This document shows, piece by piece, positions 54,916 to 64,000 of a stretch of DNA of 64,000 bases. The translations under genes were made by a program, and so were the position numbers. Origin of the DNA: Octopus vulgaris (lineage: Eukaryota); the NCBI GenBank assembly GCA_951406725.2, contig OX597824.1, positions 18,166,001 through 18,230,000 on the forward strand, in the 5' to 3' direction. The first letter of the stretch is position 1, and each line of letters opens with the position of its first letter. The notes under the pieces were generated by a model, which saw only the letters and a list, made by a program, of their open reading frames with translations, was not told the DNA's origin and did not search any database.

Positions 54916-54949
54916 GCGTACGACTGATTGGATCTGTGTTGTATACTTT

Positions 54950-55513
54950 TCTTTTCTGCTATATGCACAAGACTTGAAATTTGGGGGAAGGGGATAGTCG
55001 ATTTGATCGACCCCAGTGAGTAACTGGTATTTATTTCATCAACCCCCAAAAGAATGAAAGGCAAAGTCGACCTCGGTGGAATTTGAACTCAGAACATAGC
55101 GACGTGCGAAATACCTATTTCTTTACTACACAGAGAGGACAAACACGGACAGACAAACGGATTAAGTTGATTATATCGACCCCAGTGCGTAACTGGTACT
55201 TATTTAATCGACCCCGAAAGGATGAAAGGCAAAGTTGACCTCGGCGGAATTGAACTCAGAACGTAACGGCAGACGAAATACCTATTTCTTTACTACCCAC
55301 AAGGGGCTAAACACAGAGGGAACAAACAAGGACAGACAAACGGATTAAGTTGATTATATCGACCCCAGTGCGTAACTGGTACTTATTTAATCGACCCCGA
55401 AAGGATGAAAGGCAAAGTTGACCTCGGCAGAATTTGAACTCAGAACGTAACGGCTGACGAAATACCGCTAAGTATTTCTCCCGGCGTGTTAACGATTCTG
55501 CCAGCTCGCCGCC
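54950..55513 (-). mobile_element. SINE family B with three tandem units
   Basis: Head at 55513; three gaactcagaac blocks. Confidence 0.9.
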
Positions 55514-56829
55514 TTGGCTCTGTGTTACAAACTGAAGCAGTGTCGGAAATATACTCAAGAAAGATTTGCTCTTTAAGACACAAATGTAGATCAGCGTATA
55601 TCTATAAAGTAAAGTGTTACTAGACCATCCTTGAATGCTTCGGGGAATCAACCTTGTGCTTCTATCTGTATTTACTAGAAAATAAATGCTTATATTCACG
55701 AAGACACTGATGAGGTTTACGCTTTAAGAAAAGACCTGCAAAACAACGGGGACGAAAGAGCCTAAATGTAATTTCCTAATTAAGGTTCTGTGTGCGTTTG
55801 GAAGAAAGAAAAGCTTTCATTCAGACAAAATGTACAAAGTAACTGAACTGACGAATGAAGAAAGAACACTTTGAAAGCTCTGTGTCGTTGAAATCACTCT
55901 AACTTCGTTCACATACCCGTATTTCTTCAGGTGTTATAAAACCATTATCGTTTAAGGAAAAAAAAAAACCTAGCTTAAATATGTATCCTTATATATGATT
56001 AATTATATTCATATTGTCTGGGTGATAAGTAATTTTTCACACAGACACACATTTCTTACACAGGCACACATGCATATATACATGAGAACATAAATACACA
56101 CACACACATATGTATATATATATACATATATATATATAAGTGTAAGGTTAAGTTATATGTATATATATATACATACATACATACATAATATATACATATA
56201 TATGTATTTCAATGCGCATATACATATAAACATTTAGGTATATATGTAAATATATACACATACAAAACATATATATATATATATATATATATACATACAT
56301 ATATATATATGTGTGTATATATATATATATATATACACTCATATACATATATTTATTTTACCTATATACATGTGTGTGTGTGAATGATTATGTATGTTTG
56401 TACGCGCATATTACAGAGGTGTCCAAATATATCTTTGTCGCCATTAAAAAGTCTAAAACTCTCAGTAAAATACAAAGAAAGAAAATAACAGTGATGTACG
56501 GGTAGGTGTCAAGCGAAATGGCGGAATACTGCAATGGAAATCTATTCTGTTTTCTTTTGTATAATTTTTCACTATTTTTAAAAAGGAAGATTAAAGAATC
56601 TAAGGTGATATCACTGCAGGGTATATAGACCAACTGATAATTATGAATAACTGCAATACCAACTAGATTACAGCTTCAAGTGTTGTATTGATAACTTTTA
56701 CACTATTATTTCTGCAGCTCAAAATACACATTTGTGCCCCTTTTCCCGCTCTTCCTGCTTTATTTCTATTATCTCAAGCTTCTGTTTTTTTTTGCTCTTC
56801 AGTCACTCTCTTTTCTACCTACGTACCTA

Positions 56830-57232
<403 letters not shown>

Positions 57233-57656
57233 TCATCTCTGTCTCTCTCTATCTCTCTCTGTCATTGTCTATTGATCGTTGCTATTTCAAACAAAAACTC
57301 TTTACTTTCGTATATATTTTACAATGTATTTCTTGCCGTTCTTTTCTCCTGACCAGTCATATACATACGAATCTTTACCATTAAAAAAAAATGTTATTCC
57401 TGTCTGTGTGATTTAGCTCCTTGACTTCTTTGTTAGAATTAATTTGTGGTTAAGTGTACGCATGCGTGTATGTGCGTGTCGGTGTACGTTTTTGTGTTGA
57501 GTTTGTGTAGAAATTTTATAGTTCCTCATTTGTACAGATATACCAGCCTGTTTCTAGGCAAAGAGATGATAGTGTATATAGCGTATATGAATATATATGA
57601 ATCTATGTGTATATATACATACATATATATACATATATGTATGTGTGTACGTCTGT

Positions 57657-58068
57657 ATTTAAATGTTGAAGCGAATCTAACGGTTTTGTGTGTTTCTTAA
57701 ATGGCTTATAAACACCTTCCACGTTGCAATTGTTTTCGTTGCAGCACACAATCTCATATCCTGTACATCTCCATATATTTATAAATATATTTATCTAAAT
57801 ATATAAATTCATGTGGAGGCGCGTGACATAGTGGTTAGGGTGTCAGCATCGTGATCGTAAGATTTTGGTTTCGATTTCTTGAGCAAAACGCTTTATTTCA
57901 CGTTGCTCCAGTCTAGTCAGCTGGTAAAAATGAGTAACGCCTGCGATGGACTGGCATCCCATCAAGCTGGGGAGCACATACGCCATAGAAACCGGAAGAC
58001 CGGGCCCATGAGCCTGGCTAGGCTTTAAAAGGGCGCATTTATTTTTATTTATATAAATACATACGCAC
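57657..58068 (+). mobile_element. Composite: PLE-terminal-type segment carrying SINE H1+Y (57813-58045)
   Basis: Inverted homolog of 58514-58952, including both SINE flanks. Confidence 0.8.
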
Positions 58069-58513
58069 ACACATATATATGTAGTCGTGTATGTGCAGTG
58101 TGTGTGTGTGTGTGTGTACGAATGTAAGTAAGGGAATAGTCGATGAAATTGATGCTGTTACATCATGCTAAAGATACAACCAATTAATGCCCATCGTAAA
58201 TTTACTTTTTCTCTTATGACATGATAATATTTCATAATGGAAGTGTCAGAATTTACTCATCGAATGCAATACCACGTAAATTTTAACTTGAATGTCAATC
58301 GCCCTTTTGTCGTTACGCAGACACATTTGTTATCGTTCAGAAGGAAATTCGGAACTCTAAATAGCGATAAAAGAAAGCCTCGACATGAAATACATACATA
58401 CATACATGCATGCATACATATATACATACACACAAATGCACAAACATATACATACACGCACACACACACATGTTCGTGTGTGCATGTTTGTGTGCACTCA
58501 CGTGTGTCTGCGT

Positions 58514-59178
58514 GTGCGTATGTATTTATATAGATAAAAAATAAATGCGCCCTTTTAAGGCCTAGCCAGGCTCATGGGCCCGGTTTCCCGGTTTCTATGG
58601 CGTATGTGTTCCCCAGCTGGACGGGACGCCAGTCCGTCGCAGCGTTACGCATTTTTGCCAGCTGAGTGGACTGGAGCAACGTGAAATGAAGTGTTTTGCT
58701 GAAGAACACAACGCGTCGCCCCGTCCAGGAATCGAAACCACAATCGTATGATCATGGAGCTGACACCCTAACCACTAAGCCACGCGCCTCCACATGTATT
58801 TATATATTTATAAATATATGGAGATGTACTTGCATAGCAAGGGACCTGATCTGAGACCGTGTGCTGGAACGAAAACAATTGCAGCGTGGAAGGTGTTTAT
58901 AAGCCATTTAAGAAACACACAAAAACTGTTAGATTCACTTCAACATTTAAATTTAATTTATCAAAATATTTTCGTCGCTTTGAAAACGCGACCTGTTCGT
59001 TTGAACAGTTCGAACTAACTGTTATCTTCTCAGGTGTAGCACGGAATTTTTCAATAAACAGGTTACGGTCTGAAAGCGACGAAAATATTTTGGCAAATGA
59101 AATTTATATGTCGAAGTGAATCAAACGGTTTTTGTGTGTTTCTTAAATGGCATATAAACATCTTCCACGCTGCAACTG
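58514..59178 (-). mobile_element. Composite element with SINE H1+Y (58533-58793) and inverted ~120-bp termini carrying degenerate hammerhead-like folds
   Basis: SINE TSD atgtatttatata (58520-58532 / 58794-58806); arms ~58876-58997 and ~59057-59178 contain AACA G GUCGC...GCGAC GAAA AUAUU. Confidence 0.75.
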
Positions 59179-59181
59179 TAA

Positions 59182-59237
<56 letters not shown>

Positions 59238-59241
<4 letters not shown>

Positions 59242-59795
59242 TAGTGTAATTTTGGTAGTAATGACTTTGTCCCTCTTAGTGTGAGGCATTTATGTGTAAT
59301 AATGCCCTCTATACAATATAGATATAATTAATTTGTTCAAAAGAAAAAAATTATTTTCGAATTCTTTTTCTTTTATGAGGTTTTTCACGCTAACTACCTG
59401 ATAATTTCTTGTTAAGATTCCTTATTAAGAAGTTATCCTTAATTGCTAAATTTATTCCGAAATACTTTTCTTACCCGACATGCAGTTCGAAAAAGCCCGC
59501 CATTTACCGGATATATGATTTATAAACATTCCATGTGCTTGGCCGGAGTGAATAGATGTCTGTTCGCCTTCGCTAGGTAAGGTTGGTGGTTTATTTATGA
59601 TGTGTTCAGAATCAGTTCTGCTGAGGATCATAAAACGTAAGTTAAATGTGAAATCACGGTGATACAGAACTAAATTCATTTTTTAAATGTCTTGCTTTGA
59701 AGAGTTGCATTTAGGTATGATTAGTGTAATTTTGGTAGTAATGACTTTGTCCCTCTTAGTGTGAGGCATTTATGTGTAATAATGCCCTCTATACA

Positions 59796-59800
<5 letters not shown>
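59238..59800 (+). mobile_element. 480-bp unit plus 83-bp identical direct repeat, containing a hammerhead (retrozyme / PLE pLTR-like)
   Basis: 59238-59320 is identical to 59718-59800; TA tracts on both sides; HHR at 59615-59670. Confidence 0.85.
59615..59670 (+). ncRNA. Minimal type I hammerhead ribozyme
   Basis: GUUCUG CUGAGGA uCAUaaAACguaaGUUaaAUGu GAAA UCAC g GUGA UA CAGAAC; 6-bp stem I, AUA triplet, predicted cleavage after 59664. Confidence 0.8.
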
Positions 59801-59859
<59 letters not shown>

Positions 59860-59880
59860 GTATGTATATATGTATGTATG

Positions 59881-59911
<31 letters not shown>

Positions 59912-60498
59912 ATGTGTGTGTATGCATGTATATATATATGTGTGTAGAATATATTTAAGGGAAAGGGACAGAGAGAGAGAGAGGGATTGAGAGGGATTGG
60001 AGTTTGCATGCGCACACTCATAGCGAGGCAGTCATTGACATGATGTTATAAATTGTTTCGCCACCTCACTGTGGTCAGTCACACTTAGTTTTATTTGACC
60101 TTTTATACTATTTGACCATTTGCTTGCCAATAGAAGCTTTTCACAAAGTTTGTGGCTGCTTGGGATGGCCAAAATCAAAAGCATTTGACTAACTGCTCCG
60201 ACTACTTTTTTCCTTTATGAATCCGCTGACGTGGCTCGAAATTTGTGCAACTCGTTATGGCTTCAAAATTTAATTAATCATTAGCGACAAAAACAGTATT
60301 GATGCCAAAAGGTCATCTTTATATTCGACTAAACACCAATGCTTTGTTAGGACAGCGGATACTGCATCATTAACCTTGAGAAATCCTCTTCTTTAGGCGC
60401 GTAGTGCATAAAAGTCCATGTAGATTGTGGCTGACGAAATTCGTTTCTCACGTCTAAATCGTATGATAGAAGCTTTAGTGAGTTCTATGTCTTTTGAC

Positions 60499-60758
60499 GT
60501 GGAGGCGCGTGGCTTAGTGGTTAAGGTATCAGCACCATGATCGTAAGATTGTTGTTTCGATCCCCGGACCGGGCGACGCGTTGTGTTCTTCAGCAAAACA
60601 CTTCATTTCATGTTGCTCCAGTCCACTCAGCTGGCAAAAATGAGTAACGCTGTGATGGACTGGCGTCCCGTCCAGCTGGGGAACACATACGCCATAGAAA
60701 CCGGGAAACCGGGCCCATGAGCCTGGCTTTAAAATGGGCACATTTATCTATTTATTTT
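60499..60758 (+). mobile_element. tRNA-SINE head H1 + tail Y
   Basis: 13-bp TSD tatgtcttttgac (60486-60498 / 60759-60771). Confidence 0.92.
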
Positions 60759-60956
60759 TATGTCTTTTGACACCTGAGGGTCAAACAAGCAGTGGTTTTC
60801 ATGGAAAAGAATAGCTCCTTTCGACTTACCATCGTGTTCAAGTATCGTGGAAGGACGACATGGGTTCAGATCAGTCTCTATAAACTTTGCAGCTGATTTG
60901 AAATGTTGATACCAAGAACACCATTGCGTATGCCTCACACAATCCACGCTATAGAA

Positions 60957-61290
60957 TCCTTTATTGGCCACGCAGGGCTAAACACAGAAGGGTCAAAATA
61001 CAAAATAGAGCTTCACTGTTTGGGAAGAAGAGAAGGGGAAAAAAGAGGGGCGAATTCCGATCAAAAGGGATCGTGAAAAAAAGAAAAAGAAAGGGGTGAA
61101 TTCCGATCAAAAGGGATCGTGAAAAAAAGAAAAACAAAGGGGTGAATTCCGATCAAAAGGGATGGTGAAAAAAATAGGTGGGGGCCGATCCGATCAATAG
61201 GGATGGTGTATCACAGAGATGACAATGTAAAAAGGGGAAACAGATTAGGTTTGTCCGTGGATAGAAAAGTCTACGGAAAAGACCACAGAA
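60957..61290 (-). mobile_element. Probable 3' UTR of a non-LTR element containing a 46-bp tandem repeat
   Basis: gaattccgatcaaaagggat at 61052, 61098 and 61144 plus a degenerate fourth copy; minus end tctgtgtttagccctgcgtggccAATAAA. Confidence 0.6.
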
Positions 61291-61844
61291 TTGCTGCAGT
61301 ATTAGAAAGTGAGTGTAATGGCTTGTTTTTAAATTTAAAACCGAATTCCATACAAATACACAGCTTTTGAAATCTTGCATTTTCGACTTAGACATATCCC
61401 TCAGTGCACGATATATTCTTTCAGTTTCGAACATTTATATCGATGGTTGATCGATGTCACGTGTTGTGACTAATAAAAGACTCGATTTCATGTTTACACG
61501 TAGTACTCCAGTCAAGAGTTTTACAGCCATGAGACAGCTGCTTGTTGTGCTAGCGTTGAGAATATGAATTTAAATTGTCAAAAATAAACACCGGAAAACC
61601 GAAGCATTATTCCATTAGTTCACATTGTTCGACATCAAAGGGAGCAAACGAACGACAGCAAGTAAATGAGAAGGAACTGGCGAAATATATAAATTAAGAC
61701 GGTAACTTATTGTTCAACGTATTCATTCAGGAAAATGTGTGAAAGTGGATAAGATCTTTTTCTATCTGAAAATCAGAGGGAGCTTTCTAAAGTCTTTCGA
61801 ATTACATCGAATTGCTTATGTGTGACAGAATATGATCTATAGAA

Positions 61845-62250
61845 GGCGGCGAGCTGGCAGAAACGTTAGCACGCCGGGCGAAATGCTTTGTGGTATTTCG
61901 TCCGCCGCTGCGTTCTGAGTTCAAATTCCGCTGAGGTCGACTTAGCCTTTCATCCTTTCCGGGTCGATAAATTAAGCGCCAGTTACGCACTGGGGTCGAT
62001 ATAATCGACTTAATACTTTCGTCTGTCCTTGTTTGTCCCCTCTGTGTGTAGCCCCTTGTGGGTAATAAAGAAATAGGCATTCCGTCTGTCTTTATGTTCT
62101 GAGTTCAAATTCTGCTGAGGTCGACTTTGCCTTTCATCCTTTCTGGGTCTATTAAATAAGTACCAGTTACGCACTGGGGTCGACTTAATACGTTTGTCTG
62201 CCCTTGTTTGTCCTCTCTGTGTGTAGCCCCTTGTGGGCAGCAAAGAAATA
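61845..62250 (+). mobile_element. SINE family B with two units
   Basis: 17-bp TSD agaatatgatctataga (61827-61843 / 62251-62267). Confidence 0.92.
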
Positions 62251-62817
62251 AGAATATGATCTATAGACAGGATTCGTATAAAAGAATCTATCTGGTCTTT
62301 AATAAAGAAAGGTGTTTCGCAGAGAGTGCGTAATAAGCCCCCCACAACAGTTAGTAACACTAAATATGACTTTCAGGTAAACGTGGATACTTTTCAGGGA
62401 TGCTAGTTCGGAGGGCTAGCACTTAATGTCACCTTTACACAAAAGTATAGATATGTGAAAATGTACCGTAACAATTGAAACTGGGATTGAGACTGCATGG
62501 AGATTCTGATAATCCTGAGTACCACAATCACTAGGCAATCGTTAAGCTGCACACAATTCAGGGACCAGGGAAGAGGTCAATGAATCATAATTTGGTGCAA
62601 GATGAAATGTGCAGCAGCTATATCTGTATATGTTACTTTGGGGTTTTATGCTCAGAAGCGGAATTGAAAGAAAAAACCAGGAAGGGAAAAATCCAGAGCA
62701 GAAGAGAGCATCTTAAGCAATACCAGCAACAATATTCTACCACTGACCATAGTTGCTGCTACCGCTGTTTCCTGGGTATTGTATCTTACACTGCCAAGCT
62801 TTGCTACAGCTGAAGCA

Positions 62818-63200
62818 GTGGAGGCGCAATAGCCCAGTGATTAGGGCAGCGGACTCGCGGTCGGAGGAGGATCGCGGTTTCTATTCCCAGACCGGGCGTT
62901 GTGTGTGTTTATTGAGCGAAAACACCTAAAGCTCCATGAGGCTCCGGCAGGGGGTGGGGGGGTGACCCCTGTTGTACTCTTTCGCTCCAACTTTCTCTCA
63001 CCTTTTCTTCCTGTTTCTTGTCCCCGACTTACTACGCAACCGGTGAGCCTGGATGCGCATTCATCCATCCGTCGATGCTCTCGGTGTCGGGGGTTGACCT
63101 GCTATCTCTTCTGCGGGTCTTACGAATAGCGAAGGACCACGTTTCGGACTTCTCCCAAGAGGACGAAGACCGCTTCGCTCAACAAACAAACAAACAAACA
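62818..63200 (+). mobile_element. tRNA-SINE head H2 + tail Z ending in (AAAC)n
   Basis: H2 head and body to ~63020, then a GC-rich tail not seen elsewhere in the window. Confidence 0.8.
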
Positions 63201-64000
63201 GTGCAACACTATCGAATAGCAATGTTAGAAAAGAGAAACTTGAGAAGACTGCGGATATTTCGAGACATTTAGAAATAGGAGCGTCGAACAAGTGTAAACT
63301 CAGTCAAAAATTAAGAGGACACAAACGCTTCAACAAGTCCCAAAATCTACACTGTGTCAGCATTTACGATAACTCAGAAGAGCTCAAGATGACTCTGATT
63401 TATTGGTGACCCTAAAAGAACATCAGTCGTATTCTGTACTGTTTGAAGTTGAGATAGGGCCATGCGACCCAAGATGATAGATGGACGTTAAAATAAACTC
63501 TTCAAAGTGTACAAAATTCCTTCTGGAAGTCCATCTCCCTTTCTGGCATTCTGAGTTGAACTTACATCGAGGGTAACATTGTATTCATCTTTATTGAGGT
63601 CGATAAAATTTTGCCAAAGTTACAAACACAGAAATTAGTTTGGCAGAACCGCTGAGGTATTTGCTCTAGAGATTTACATTTTCTGTTCAAAAGTCACCCA
63701 AGTCATGTTTAAATCTTATTCATTCATGGTCGATAAAATCAAAAATTATGTACCAGTGTTCTACTGGAATCTACTACATTATCTTGTCTACTTGATGATA
63801 TATACAATATATGTTTTTTGCATCTGATTTAAGACAGTGTATATGCCCACCCTATGTATTGTTGTATACGACATATTTGTCTCTTGTATTTCGTTATATA
63901 TGCAATATAGTTGCCTGTTGTAATTGATGTTAGATGTAATATGTGTGACTTCTGAATTTTTCAATTTGCGATAAGCAGAAAGACTAGCTTATATATCGGA

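Noticed and set aside
55842-55886. CUGACGA..GAAG/CUUU..GAAAGCUC hammerhead-like motif
   Set aside because: Core and AGCU palindrome are present, but no stem I pairing; chance or too decayed to call.
61046-61210. Regularly spaced repeats with internal palindrome as a CRISPR array
   Set aside because: The intervening sequences are near-identical purine runs rather than unique spacers; eukaryotic context with no cas genes.

Overview
AT-rich, microsatellite-dense eukaryotic DNA with no recognisable host gene. It is probably intergenic or intronic, and the SINE repertoire resembles coleoid cephalopod (Octopus-like) repeats; this is inferred from recall, not from a search. Almost all ORFs in the track are translations of (TA)n/(CA)n/(TCTA)n/(AAT)n repeats or of SINEs. 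The real coding remnants all come from transposons: two Penelope-like (PLE) RT fragments, a 5'-truncated CR1-type LINE with one premature stop, a second CR1 3' end, a decayed RTE-type LINE, two R4/Dong-like 3' ends and mariner remnants. Non-coding elements include dozens of tRNA-derived SINEs (many with clear TSDs), two non-autonomous Helitrons, a probable LTR and a palindromic MITE. The most notable signal is a set of about 10 minimal type-I hammerhead ribozyme (HHR) folds from several unrelated small non-coding elements. These show PLE-style direct or inverted terminal repeats, covariation at the core 3-8 pair (C-G, U-A, possibly G-C), and fusion to tRNA-SINE sequence. The SINEs themselves are modular, with heads and tails swapped, and two tails match LINE-like 3' ends in the same window. 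Coordinates were read by hand and are approximate to a few bases.
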